Shown: piece after piece, positions 27,461 to 41,757 of the stretch
Layout of the letters: each line of letters opens with the position of its first letter
How positions within the stretch are numbered: the first letter of the stretch is position 1
Origin: Octopus vulgaris
Taxonomy: Eukaryota
DNA: 64,000 nucleotides
Reading direction: 5' to 3'
Assembly (NCBI GenBank): GCA_951406725.2
Contig: OX597820.1
Coordinates: forward strand, 74,400,001-74,464,000
Notes under the pieces: model-generated
The model's database searches: none
Told to the model about the DNA's origin: nothing
What the model saw: only the letters and a program-made list of their open reading frames with translations
Made by a program: the position numbers and the translations under genes

Positions 27461-27907
27461 AAATTGACCTCCATCTTCTAAAGTTTAACGGTTGAAGATT
27501 CCATTAAAAAAATCCTTACAAATATTGTATCAAATACGAACACTTTAATGGTATTCTTCATCAGCTACTGTATTTGTCTACATCTTTTAGCCAATATTTT
27601 ATGTATCGTCAGATGCAAACACCTTGTTTGTATATTCAGTATCCTCTCAGACAGGAAGTTTGAATCTGACTACGCATAGTGTTGGTCAAAACTCTTTGGA
27701 TACGTTCTCTGGTGCAGTATGTCTCCCAAACAAATCACTGTTATGCACCAGTAATTTTAAAATGTGTGCTGAGGAAGAATTTGGTAATTAGAAATAAAAA
27801 TAAATGGAAATAAATAAAATATATAAAAATATGTTTCTTTTGCTGTTGTTTTTATTTTTTTGCACATTGGATCTTGAAGCATATAAAGCTATAAATAATA
27901 TGTAAAT

Positions 27908-28340
27908 ATTGGTTTTTAATTTTGGCAGAAGACCAGCAATTTCGGGAATGGGGATTAGTCGATCAGATCGACCCCAGTACTCGCCTTATTTTATCGATTC
28001 CGAAAGGACTGAAGGCAAAGTTGACCTCAGCGGAATATGTACCCACAGCGTAAAGACGGACAAAATGCCGCTAAGCATTTTGTCCGGTGTGCTAACGATT
28101 CAGCCAAGTCGCAGTCTTGTAGAATGTAAATACTGCTTTCATATTCTGGCAGAAGACCAACAATTTAGAGCGAGGGGATAAGTTGATTATATAAATATCA
28201 ACTGATATTTATTCTATCGACTCCGAAAGGATGAAAGGCGAAGTCGACTTTGGCAGAATTTGAACTCAGAAAGTAAAGACGGACGAAATGCTGCTGAGCG
28301 TTTTTTCCACCGAGCTAAGGAGTCTGCCAGTTAATCGCCT
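27908..28340 (-). mobile_element. Two degenerate SINE family A copies in tandem
   Basis: GAAAGG...GGCAAAGT(C/T)GAC...GAATTTGAACTC-type segments occur twice. Confidence 0.75.
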
Positions 28341-28944
28341 TGATTATTGGGATGAAAGACGATTTTGGATAGAAAAATATCTACTGGGGTTGTGGGTTCG
28401 TCTTTTACGATCCTTCATCTTTTACGATACAAAAGGGTTTATCAACTCAATATTCACATACTGTCATTTATAGCTTTATATGCTTCGAGATTCACTGTTC
28501 CAAAAACAATTATTTCATGTTCTTTCAAAGTTTGTAAATTCTTTTAACGTCAATAAAAAAATACATAAAATATGTAAAAATAAAATAAAATAAAAAATTA
28601 ATGTAGAAATATATAGATTGTGTGAACTACTATTGTATTGCTCTCTCAGTTAAAGTGTGTTTTTAAAAAAGAATAATTTTAAACATATTGTTGAAATATG
28701 GTGGTAAAAAAATATTGTCTAAAAACTTATAAAGAACATTCTAATGAAATAAAAACAAGTGTGAAGTAAAAATACCTGTTATATAGATGTGTTTAACGCA
28801 ATTAAATGCCAGTTAAAATGAATCGAGACGTGATCTCCATTATACATAACAAGTTAAATTTCATGATAATTTCGAAGACACTAAATGATAAAGAAATCCT
28901 TCTTTCATTAGACTCAACAAGTATTTACGAGTAATATCTCCATC

Positions 28945-28994
<50 letters not shown>

Positions 28995-29001
<7 letters not shown>

Positions 29002-29240
29002 AAAATGGGACAAGAACGCAAAACATCCAGACAGGGACAACAAAACATCCAGATAGACGATAGAAATGAAACAAGGAGGGTCATTCGGAGTTTCCTTTCC
29101 TCAGTCTAGTTCCAGATTATCTTTGCAATTTCGGCTGGTTATACTCGAGATTGCTCCAATCAGGCCAGCCCCAAGGAAAAACTAAGCTAAGCGCATTAGA
29201 TTCCTTGGAATAAAGTAGCGAATGTATACGAAAACAAGGA
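28995..29240 (-). mobile_element. pLTR-like fragment ending at (TA)n, carrying the reversed-order hammerhead-core motif
   Basis: Minus strand: GGCTGG...CCAGCC-GAAA-24 nt-CTGAGGA-AAGGA...TCCTT, then a T-rich tail. Confidence 0.55.
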
Positions 29241-29549
29241 TATATGTCTGTGTGTGTGTGTGTATTATGAAGATATATTTTTTTTAATTCTGGAATATAA
29301 AGAGTTTATAAAAACAGAATTTTACAAGTGTTCAATTAAGTGCATCTTTTATCTTTTGCTTGCTTTAGTCATTGGGCTACGGCCATTCCTGGGAACGGCT
29401 TTTGTGTTCGAACAAATTGACCTCAGTACTTATTATCTTAAAGTCATGTACCTATTCTGTTAGTCACTTTTGCCGAAGCGCTACTTTACAGAGACACAAC
29501 CAAACCAACACTAGTTGACAAGCAGTGAAGGAGGGTTGACAAACACACG

Positions 29550-29611
<62 letters not shown>

Positions 29612-29759
29612 AACACAAATATTTGCATGTATGTATTTATGTATGTTGTTGTACATCTGTATGTATGTATATACATGTTTATTGTACATCTGTATGTATA
29701 TATATACATGTTTATACACCACATGCTTCCATACTGCAGTTGTCCTCCTCCTGCACAAC

Positions 29760-29920
29760 TGCAGCAACACCCCACACGTACCCATCGATGTTCGTGTGCA
29801 GCAACTGTACCAAGGACTGCCACTCTAGAATTGGACTGTTCAGTCACAGTAGACGCTGCACATCATCAAAGTAGGCCCCCACCCTTGGCGCAACCCATTG
29901 TCTATCAAGACAGACGGGGG
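29760..29920 (+). mobile_element. RTE-clade LINE 3' end
   Basis: FVCSNCTKDCHSRIGLFSHSRRC C-terminal zinc finger followed by a CCATTGTCT..AGACAGACGG tail. Confidence 0.8.
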
Positions 29921-30203
29921 GAAAAGAAAAGAAAAAGAAAAAGCTTCCATACAGTTTCCTTTTCGAAATTCATTCCCATGGCAATGGTACACCTGAGGCT
30001 ATAGTAAGAGACACTTGTCCAAGGTGATGTGCACGTGGGGGCAAAGCAAGCCTTTTTAACCTCATAGCCATACCTGCGCCAAAAACCAAACGTAAATTTC
30101 CTTCTAATTTCTGTTTTAAAGAAGTACACAGCTCCGTAATTCATATGGAAACGTGAGATTTTCAGTTTTTATGAAATATAATTTTTTTCTTTAAATTCCC
30201 TAA

Positions 30204-30620
30204 TAGGCGTAGGAGTGGCTATGTGGTAAGTAGCTTGCTTACCAACCACATGGTTCCGGGCTCTTCGACTTTAGCCTCGGGCCGACCAAAGCCTTTTGAG
30301 TGGATTTGGTAGACGGACACTGAAAGAAGCCCGTCGTATATGTGTGCGTGAGTGTGTGTGTGTGTGTGTGTGTGCGTGTGTGTGTGCGTGTGTGTGAGTG
30401 TGTGTGTATGTGTCTGTGTTTGTTCCCCCCCAATATCGCTTGACACACCGATGCTGGTATCTCTACGTCCCCGTAACTTAGTCGTTCGGCAAAAGAGAAC
30501 GATAGAATAAGTACTAGGCTTACAAAGAATAAGTCCTGGGGTCGATTTGCTCGACTAAAGGCGGTACTCCGGTATGGCCACAGTCAAAATGAGTGACACG
30601 AGTTAAAGTTTAAAGAGTAA
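30204..30620 (+). mobile_element. SINE family B with internal deletion
   Basis: Head, internal (TG)n and tail all match the family. Confidence 0.88.
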
Positions 30621-30826
30621 AGTCAGTAATACTGCAAAAATTGGTCAAACTCTTTCTTTCAGTGCATTTGAATATTCTAGAATAAAGTCATGACAATTTT
30701 CATTAGTGGTGCTAACAATTTCTATAAAAATTTAAAAACTATTGATTTTATTCCTGGTTTCCTTCTGTCAATCAAAACGAGATATTATTACTTTTTGAAA
30801 TATGTATTGACATCGTTGAATGTAAA

Positions 30827-31208
30827 CATTATTTACATTATTTACATTTGACGGATATTTGTCCTCATCTTGTTTGTTGTTAACACAACGTTTCAGCTGA
30901 TATACTCTCCAGCCTTCATCAGGTGTCTTAGGGAAATTTCGAACCTGGGTTCTCATTCCTAAGGTATTTTTTGATGCTATCCTTCTTCTTCTTATCATCA
31001 TCATCATCATCATCATTATTATTATTACTATTATTATTATTATTATTATTCAGGTCACTGCTGGAATCGAACTCAGAATATTGGGATTAGTAGCCTGTGC
31101 TCTTAACCGATACACCACATGTCCATGGGCAAAATGAGGACAAATATTCGTCAAGTGTAAATAATGTAAATAACGTACATAATTCCTCATCTATTAAATA
31201 TAGAACTG
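30827..31208 (-). mobile_element. Penelope pLTR with tRNA-derived head, microsatellite and hammerhead, plus short inverted tail copy
   Basis: Minus strand: A box TGGTGTATCGG and B box GAGTTCGATTCC (31051-31132), (AAT/GAT)n, hammerhead at 30882-30927; 31134-31208 is a plus-strand copy of the tail. Confidence 0.8.
30882..30927 (-). ncRNA. Type I hammerhead ribozyme, near intact
   Basis: GACAC-CTGATGA-A-GGCTG-loop-CAGCT-GAAA-CGTT-GTGTT; G.U wobble at the base of stem II. Confidence 0.7.
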
Positions 31209-31640
31209 TATTAAGTTTTACATAGAATAACCTTGTGTAATTGTTCTTTTATTGTCTTTAAGTACGGTCTGCATGAATATCCAAGTAAATTGTTAATACA
31301 ATTATAAGATACTTCTGAAGAAAAGGTGGTAACGACCGGCGACTTGTACGAGTGATTGTACCAACGAACAGAATGTATTGACGTGCTCAAATTATTAAGA
31401 GTTGCAGGACTTGAGATCTTTTCAAACTTTATAATATATTTGTCGTGAATAAAAATAGATATGTCGTGAAGGGGTTAGTAGCGAAAATATATCGAAAACG
31501 TTGTCGCAGACATCCAGGAATTTTCTTAAAATTATTACTATGCGATCTCTTTAAACCAGCAAAATTGATAATCTGCAACGCAAGGCTCTGCAATAAGGGA
31601 TACCAAAAAATTGGAATATATATATATATATATATATATA

Positions 31641-32468
<828 letters not shown>

Positions 32469-32536
32469 CATACATACACACACACACACACACATATATA
32501 TGTATATCTATATCTATCTATCTATCTATCTATCTG

Positions 32537-32593
<57 letters not shown>

Positions 32594-33101
32594 ATATATA
32601 TATATATATATACATGCACACACACATATATATATGTAAAAAAATATATATATGTTTATATATGAACGCACATATATTTTTTACATAGATAGCTATATCT
32701 GGTTATATCTCTAACGGCTCATCTCTCTCTCTCTCCCCCTCTCTCTATGTGTAAACGCACACACGCATCTTTTTCTTATCTAGCTATGCATTTGTCTATC
32801 AGATGCGTTCCCTACAATCAACCAATACTTTGTCAAGGTGTGTGATAAGCTGAAATATTTGGACAGTTTTTTTTTGAAGAACTTCGCAAGCGCATCACCA
32901 TTTCTGCCTTGCCTAAAAGTATCCGTCTTTCAAGTGACAGGAGACGAGATCAGACTTCAAAGTGTGAAGAGCTGAAAGAAACACTGCAAGGTATTCCATC
33001 TGACTCCCTAGCAATTTTGACACTTCGCCACATAAATTTATATTAGTGTATGATATGCATGTATGTATGTATGTATGTATGTATGTATGTATGTATGTAT
33101 G

Positions 33102-33132
<31 letters not shown>

Positions 33133-33207
33133 GTATGTATGCATGTATGTATGTATATATATATGCACATATATTTGTAATCATGGATGTATATATGGAT
33201 GCATATT

Positions 33208-33238
<31 letters not shown>

Positions 33239-34357
33239 ATGCACATTGACATATAGGTAAACATATATGTATGTGTGTATGTGTGTGTGTGTGTACAGGC
33301 GCATATAGACACGAATATGTGAATAAAGGAAAATAGCTCGTAACATAATTAGTTAGAATTATAAGTATGTAATAATGAGCTACCTATACAGCGATTAAAT
33401 TTAATAAACATTGCTAATTTCATTTCTGCTCCGCATCCTTAAGGAAAAAGGAAGGAATCCTATACTTTGACGTACGTATGGAGAGCTGACCTTGTGTCAT
33501 TTTACTCTGGTTGTTCTTAAAAAGAACGTACACAACATCACAGCCCATAAATACACGTATATATTTATCTGTGTATGGTCGCATGATACCCGTGTATGTT
33601 TATCTATGTATAGTCGCTTATCGATAAAATATGCATGTCAATCCGTCTTAATATCAATAAAATTGCGTTAGCGTACATGGATAATTTGAATATAAACCGG
33701 CCAAATCTTCATACATCGATCGAAAGCAAAGTATAATCAAGCCAATATCTTAGCATATTCCGAGGATTGCATATATACATGTATGAATGTGTCATATTGC
33801 TGAAGAAAAGCATGGAGATAGTAACACCGACAAATATGAATAAAAAAAGAGTTTAAAAAATACCAGCTATTTTGTGTGACTATGTTATCATTTAAAATAT
33901 TCTCTATATATATCGTATGCATGCATGCGGGCACTTGTGTACGTATGTATACATGTATGATTATAGGTACGTACATATGTATGCATGTATGTATGTATGT
34001 ATGTATGTATGTATGTATGTATGTATGCATGTATGTATGTATGTTTGTATGTATGTAATGTATTTGTGTATACATGTATGTATGTGTATAGAACGAATTT
34101 TCTCAGATATCATATGCAAAAATGTCGAGTTTTTCTTTTTTGGATATTCTATTTCTGGTCGTCTTCGTTATTATATATCATTTACATAGGAATAGCGCTG
34201 TCCATAGAATGGGCAAAGATATTAGATATTTTCTTTCCTGTTTTGGATCAATGAATCGAAACTTAGATTATATATATATTTTTTCTGTATACAAGCACAG
34301 GCAAATCCAGTAACATACGCATGTAAATGCATAAGCATCAGTGTGTGTGTGTGTGCG

Positions 34358-34406
<49 letters not shown>

Positions 34407-34408
<2 letters not shown>

Positions 34409-34815
34409 TCTCTTTTACTCTTTTACTTGTTTCAGTCATTTGACTGCGGCCATGCTGGAGCACCGCCTCTAATCGAGCAACTCGACCCCGGGACTTATTC
34501 TTTTGTAAGCCCAGTACTTATTCTGCCGGTCTCTTTTGCCGAACTGCTAATTAACGGGGACATAAACACACCAGCATCGGTTGTCAAGCAATGCTAGGGG
34601 GACAAACACAGACACACAAACACACACACGCATATATATATATATACATATATACGACGGGCTTCTTTCAGTTTCCGTCTACCAAATCCACTCTCAAGGG
34701 TTTGGTCGGCCCGAGGCTATAGTAGAAGACACTTGCCCAAGGTGCCACGGATGTGGGACTGAACCCGGAACCATGTGGTTGGTAAACAAGCTACTTACCA
34801 CACAGCCACTCCTGT
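34407..34815 (-). mobile_element. SINE family B, full length
   Basis: Full match to the family on the minus strand. Confidence 0.92.
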
Positions 34816-34851
34816 GTATATATATATATACACATTCATACATATATATAA

Positions 34852-35392
34852 AGGTTTAAGGACGGCATAAGGACTACTATGATATCACTTGGAATGGATT
34901 CAGAGGACATAGAAACCCTTGCCTCGGATCGAGCTGGATGGTGAACAAAAGTGTGGAGTTAGTGAAAGCGTTTGAAGAGGCCGGGATAAGCCATGCAAGA
35001 CTCAAAAGAAATTTAAGGAAGAATGTTACGATCAAGAAGGCGAATCACAATGACCTTTTTGTATGCCCAATTTGTGACAGACCATGCCTTTCTTTTGCTG
35101 GGCTCAAATTTCATTTGCGAACCCATGGAAAGTGAACCACCACCAAGTATTCTGCCTATATGTCTGTGCACTTCTTTGAATGCAGTGTATGCCAGAATAT
35201 CTGGAAATTTAACGGTGGCCTCAAAATGCATTTCAAGATCCACAAAGATCTGAACTTATCTGCAGCTCTTATTGGTCCAAATCGGATGTGCAATTTATGT
35301 GAGTGACTTTTCAGAACGTTGGTTTAAAAAGCCGTATCATATGCCATGATGGTTGCAAGGTATAGGTACGGAGATGTACTTGGATAGCAAGT
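34852..35392 (+). mobile_element. RTE-clade LINE 3' end with three C2H2 zinc-finger remnants
   Basis: RFKDGIR...ETLASDRAGW; CPICDRPCLSFAGLKFHLRTH; CSVCQNIWKFNGGLKMHFKIH; degenerate CNLCE...ICH. Confidence 0.8.
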
Positions 35393-35423
35393 GACTTGAT
35401 CTGAGATCGTGTGCTGGAACGAA

Positions 35424-35586
35424 AACAATTGCAGCGTGGAAGCAGCACGAAGCTTTGTCAGTGAACAGGTCGCGGTCTCAAAGCGACGAAAATATTTTGA
35501 CAAATTAAATTTAAATGTTGAAGTGAATCTAACGGTTTTGTGTGTTTCTTAAATGGCTTATAAACACCTTACACGCTGCAATTGTT
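35424..35586. mobile_element. Short MITE-like inverted-repeat element
   Basis: AACAATTGCAGCGTG ... CACGCTGCAATTGTT inverted repeats. Confidence 0.5.
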
Positions 35587-35963
35587 ATCTTTTATTTGTT
35601 TCAGTCATTTGACTGCGGTCAGCTGGAACGCCGTCTTTAGTCGAAGAAATCGCATGTGTAACCAACCATGAAGAACAAATCAGCAGTTTCAAGAAATAAA
35701 ATACTAATACCGTTAACACGGCAACCACATTAACATTTAGAATATCACCAGCCCACTACAACTACACTTTGAAAACAGTTTACCAACGGCCCTTCAGCAA
35801 TAACACGTCCTAATAAGCTCAGTGACTACTACTAAATTCAGGACACGACAGAGAGATAGGATGTTCTTGAAGCCGAGGATTTTAAACTTATGGAGATAAT
35901 ATTTACACATCGCCTGAAGAAACACAACTATATTTCATAATGCATATATTTCATATTTCATAT

Positions 35964-36195
35964 AGGCGGCGAGCTGGCAGAATCGTTAGCACGTCGGGCG
36001 AAATGCTTAGCGGTATTTCGGCTGCCGTTACGTTGTGAGTTCAAATTCCGCCGAGGTCGACTTTGCCTTTCATCCTTTCGGGGTTGATGAATTAAGTACC
36101 AGTTACGCACTGGGGTCGATGTAATCGACTTAATACTTATGTCTGTCCTTGTTTGTTCCTTTCTGTGTTTAGCCCCTTGAGGGTAGTAAAGAAAT
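35964..36195 (+). mobile_element. SINE family A monomer
   Basis: GGCGGCGAGCTGGCAGAATCGTTAGC head and full body. Confidence 0.9.
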
Positions 36196-36416
36196 ATATA
36201 TTTCATAATGCAGGTAAACAGTTCCATAAACAAGTACCCGTTGCGTGGAAGCAATTGTAGTGATTAAAAAATAAATGTCTAACCGTACCCCTTGTTGTTG
36301 ACTCCGATTTTTTCAGTTGTCTATTCATACATGACAGATGTCCAAACACAAACCTGAAAGTACTACTACTACTACTACTACTACTGTTTTATACTATACT
36401 CTAACAGGCTACACCA

Positions 36417-36474
<58 letters not shown>

Positions 36475-37227
36475 TATGTATGTATGTATGCATGTATGTA
36501 TGTATGTATATATATGTATATTTGTTATACACTTATATGTAATGCAGGTCTACATTCTTTGCTTGAATCTAATAATGTACTGTAAAAGTTTTCTCTTCTG
36601 ACGAAATGGTTAATGCAAAAAGCAGACTGACTGAAAAATAAAATAAAAGAAGTTACCAAAGATTTCTCCTATTCTCTTACTACAGCGCACATATAAAACT
36701 ATGTGTGAGTGTAGCAGAATGCATTCTCGTTGGTTAAATTTTAATCCTACAACATAAATTCCTGTAGCTTTAATGGTTTTATCAAAAATCGGTTACGTAT
36801 ACTTTTAGACATACCCGACAGGGAAGAATTGAAGGCAAGTAGATATACTAGATGAGATAAGCAATTATATAGACTATAATATGTGTGCGTATAGTTAATT
36901 AAATTTACATCATTTTATATGAAAAAGGGTATACTGACAAAATAACAAAATAACGGTTTTTTTATAAAGAGCCGAGATGTTGATAATACGTGAATTTCGC
37001 GAACTCTTTCAAGAGATTTTAGTTTACCTTACCTCGGAAATCAAAGAGGAATTGGGGGTTAGAACTAACTCATGAAAAGCTAATTATATTGAATCGATAT
37101 ATTAGTTACATATAGATGAAGGATAATCCATTTATTGATTTAAAATATCAAACTACTTTTTTTACTGATAACTTAGTTAAAAAAATTATTTTACTGTTAT
37201 GTGTAAATAATTTTAAAACTTTTACAG

Positions 37228-37274
<47 letters not shown>

Positions 37275-37437
37275 GTATGTATAAGAATATCTATCTATCT
37301 ATCTATCTATTTATCTATATATATATAAATATGTATATAAGTTCAGCAAAATTTAGATTCAGATGAATATGGTACTTAAGTTAAAGGCACCAGAATTTGG
37401 TATGTTTTTATCCATATAAATCAAATGCTTATTTTGA

Positions 37438-37472
<35 letters not shown>

Positions 37473-37493
37473 CATACAAACCTACATACATTC

Positions 37494-37529
<36 letters not shown>

Positions 37530-37607
37530 ACCGTAACACCACATGGATTGTTGGCGATTGCTTTCCTACTTTTTCCTTCTTTCCCTTTGGATTTTCCTGT
37601 TTTTTTC

Positions 37608-37646
37608 TTGTTTCCGAAGATGAGCTATGCTCGAAACGTAAAACAA
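37608..37646 (+). ncRNA. Compact hammerhead-like motif, U4C core, in a pLTR fragment (37527-37750)
   Basis: TTGTTT-CCGAAGA-T-GAGC-TAT-GCTC-GAAA-CGTA-AAACAA; 6-bp stem I. Confidence 0.65.
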
Positions 37647-38078
37647 CTACTCTCTCCTTTCTCTGAGCGTCGAACTAGTACATTGCTTGTGCTATGTCCC
37701 CATGTTGGTTTGTTTGTTTCTTTTTCACTGTGCTTCTTTTTTAAATTGAGCAAGCAAAAATTCCCCCTGACAGGAAGGTTATTTTGTCCGAGTGTTATCA
37801 ATTTACCGCTGCATGGAAATGAAGTGTTTTTCTGAAGAGCATGACACGTCATCCGGTTTGGGATCGTCATTTCAATTCCTAGACAGGGTTGTGCGTTGTG
37901 GCCTTGATGGTCCCTTAACACGTGGTACACTCTGCACCTGTCCAAGCAACGTTGGTTTGATGAAGAGAGAGTGATCTAACGTACGGCACATACATTTTGC
38001 TCACTACTAACAAATCATTTGTGCATATTGTTCAGGAAAAGCTGAACGCTCATACGTTGTCTTCGACAAGAGACTCCA

Positions 38079-38123
<45 letters not shown>

Positions 38124-38162
38124 TGCAAAATTTAGGTTAGTTGCAATTAGTCACAAACATAC

Positions 38163-39092
38163 CCTTTTACTCTTTTACTTGTTTCAGTCATTTGACTGTG
38201 GCCATGTTGGAGCACCGCTTTTAGTCGACCAAATCGACCCCCGGACTTATTCTTTGTAAGCGTAGTAATTAATCTATCGGTCTCTTTTGCCGAACCGCTA
38301 AGTCACGGGGACGTAAACACACCAGCATCGGTTGTCAAGCGATGTTGGGGGTACAAACACAGACACACAAATACACACACACACGCACATATGTATATAC
38401 ATATATACGACGGGCGTCACACATACATACACACACACACGCGCACAAACACATGCACATTTATAAATATGTAACTACATGTGTGCCGTTGGCGATTTCT
38501 TTTCCTTCTTTGCACTACTTCCCTTTCTCTTTTGCAACGAAGAGTTATGCTCGAAACATCAAAGTCGCCTTTCATCGAACGTCAAGTTAATACACATACA
38601 AATGCATGCTTGCACACACACACATACACACACACACACAAACACAAACACAAAATACATATATATGTATGTGTGTGCGTATGTGTGTATATATATATAC
38701 GTTTTTACTCTTTTACTTGTTTCAGTAATTTGAATGCGTCCATGCTGGGGTACCACTTTTAGTCGAAGACGTGGACCCAAGGATTTATTCTTTGTAAGCC
38801 TAGTACTTATTCTAGAGGTCTGTTTTATCGAACCACTAAGTTACGGGGGCGGATACAAACCAATACCGGTTGTCAAGCATTGTGGGGACAAACACAGACT
38901 CACAAATACACATACACACACGCATATATATATTCGATGGGATTCTTACAGTTTCCATCTACTAAATTCACTCACAAGGGTTTGGTCTACCCGAAGCAAT
39001 AGTAGAAGACGCTTACCTAAGGTGCTACGCAGTGTGACAGAACCCGGAACCATGTGGTTCGTAAGCAAGCTACTTACTCACAGCCACTCCTA
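38163..39092 (-). mobile_element. Two SINE family B copies (38163-38415, 38703-39092) around a plus-strand pLTR fragment with a decayed hammerhead (38529-38564)
   Basis: Family matches; GCAACGA-A-GAGT-TAT-GCTC-GAAA-CATC. Confidence 0.75.
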
Positions 39093-39095
39093 TAT

Positions 39096-39165
<70 letters not shown>

Positions 39166-39439
39166 TATATATGCATATATACATACGTATATGTACATAA
39201 TTACATCTATACGTATATATATATATATATATGCATATGTGGGCACAGGACGTCATGATACGTGTACAACAAAAAAGTACGAAGCACGAGTACATGGAAC
39301 ATGAACTATTTTTTCGAACAACGAAAGACACAAATGGAACACAAAACAAACAACATAATGAATGACCCCTTCATCAGTTGCTGGCTGTTTTTCTAGTCTC
39401 GTATTTCGAGCGTTTAATATATATATATATATATTCAGA

Positions 39440-39503
<64 letters not shown>

Positions 39504-39624
39504 GCGCGTCTGTGCGTGTGTTTGTGTATATATATACACATATTTATATGTATGAATATACATATGTATAGCCACTACACATTTTTTCTCTCCTTGTTTC
39601 TCTCCTTGTTTTTTTCTGTGTACA

Positions 39625-39658
39625 TTTCTGTAGAAGAGCGTAGGCTCGAAACGTAAGA
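39625..39658 (+). ncRNA. Compact hammerhead-like motif with CUGUAGA core
   Basis: TTT-CTGTAGA-A-GAGC-GTAG-GCTC-GAAA-CGTA-AGA; core identical to the copy at 19157-19190. Confidence 0.6.
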
Positions 39659-39771
39659 GACTTTTTCTATTCCTGAGCGTTATACTAATACATCTGTTCG
39701 TTTTGTACACCACCTGCCTTCGTCTTTTGTTTTCTTCGTAAACTCTCCCCATATATATATATAGGTATGTG

Positions 39772-39836
<65 letters not shown>

Positions 39837-40239
39837 GTGTGTGTATGTATGCATGTATTTATATATATATATATATTTATATATACACGCATATTCATAT
39901 ATGTTTACCGAGTACACATATGAGTCTATACGCGTATGCGCGCTTGCTATCTTCCTTTTTTCTTCTTTTTGATATATATGCATCCATTTTCTAACATACA
40001 CTGTAAACACGGTACGCGTAAGGAGGCGTGGAGATACTTTATGGTTATTATGAGTTTCTGGTCATCTGGTCGCGTACTTATCTCATTGTTTCATCTGTCG
40101 GTGTAAACTATAATATATCGGTGTTGTTGTAGAGCGTTGAGATAGATGGAATGCAAAACGGAGTCGGTGAATGGAGCGAGAAATATACATATATACATAT
40201 ATGTATCTATGTATATATGTATACATATATGTATCTATG

Positions 40240-40274
<35 letters not shown>

Positions 40275-40709
40275 GTGTGTGTGCGCCTGTCTGTGTGTGT
40301 GTGAGAGAGAGGTGACAGATTGGCAGAGAAATATATAACGAGGAAGACAATGGCATTTAAGTGTTTAAAGAGGAAAAAAATGCGAAAGCCAATGAAATGA
40401 TGAATAGAAAGCGTATGATTTTGCATAAAGAGTGAGAAAAAGAGAAACATATGTATGTAGATGTGTGTGTGTGTGCGTGTGCGCGTGCTTGTGTGTCTCT
40501 GTGTATATATATTCACATATATGTATGCGTGTTTCTGTATATATATATAAATACGTGTGTGTGTGAATGTATGTAATGTATGTATGTGTAGAAACGGAGG
40601 CAGAGAGATAAACAGAAGGGACGGATTAGTTAGTGAAAGGTTCAATTTAAGTATCCAGGAAAATAAAGAGAGCAATGATAAAAGAGGGTTAGACTGGAAT
40701 AGCTCGAGG

Positions 40710-40751
<42 letters not shown>

Positions 40752-41091
40752 GAGAGAGAGAGAGAGAGAGAGAAAGGGTGGCTGTATATATGAAAATGAA
40801 GGCCTTTGATATATATACATATAGAGAGATATATACATGTATGTATATATATGCATGTATGTATGTATATGTATATGTGTGTGTGTATATATTTGTGTGT
40901 GTACATATATATTTGTGTGTTGGTATATATATATATATATGTATATATACATGTATATATTGTATACATACATAGGTACACCACAGACACATATACTTAC
41001 ATATATATCTATGTATGTACATTTGTGGATGTGTGTAGCAAAAGACCGAAAGAGGAAAATGAGAGAGAGAAAGAGAGTGTGAATGAGATCA

Positions 41092-41127
<36 letters not shown>

Positions 41128-41757
41128 TGTGGAGGAGAGAAAGCTTGTCACTGCGGGATAAAGATAAAGACAAAAATGAGGAATGATCAAAGAGCGTGAT
41201 AAATAGAGAATAGATAATAACTAGATAGGGACGCAGAGATAGTAAGGAGAAAAGGAAAAAAGAAAAGGAGAGGGCCGATATGTCGGGAATGCAAAACAGA
41301 ATGTATATACAAATAACAAAAATTTCGCTGAAGATGAGAGAGGGTTAGTGTAGATGAGGGCTGGGCAGAAAAGACAGAGGTTTGTAGTCAGTCGAAGTGG
41401 ACAATTTGGTATGATAACCCCCAAGAGGATTGAAGTAGGGCAGAGAATACATTAACTTCACATTTCCAAACGAAGGCAGGTTGAAAAAAGAAAAATGGAA
41501 TAGTATGTCAATCGTGGCAACGAAGAAATCCTTCATGTAAAACGGTTGACGAGAAAAGAAATTAGGTTAACATTGTGGAAGTGTAGAGGGATTGGCAGAG
41601 GTTTCGCTTTGTCATTTGCAAGTAGATAGGAAAATAGGGTTTTGTTTTAAATATAGATAACGCCTATGAAAGCGCAATAACGCATTGGTTACAGATTTCG
41701 TGCATTCGAATTCCTGGTTCACACAATTCTAATTCCTTTACTGTTTTATTTATTTAG

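Noticed and set aside
35650-35930. Possible Penelope 3' fragment ending in CTGAAGAAAC
   Set aside because: Stem II and GAAA are missing, so no ribozyme can be supported.
41040-41640. Long purine-rich tract
   Set aside because: No motif, repeat unit or ORF could be assigned; probably decayed low-complexity or transposon sequence.
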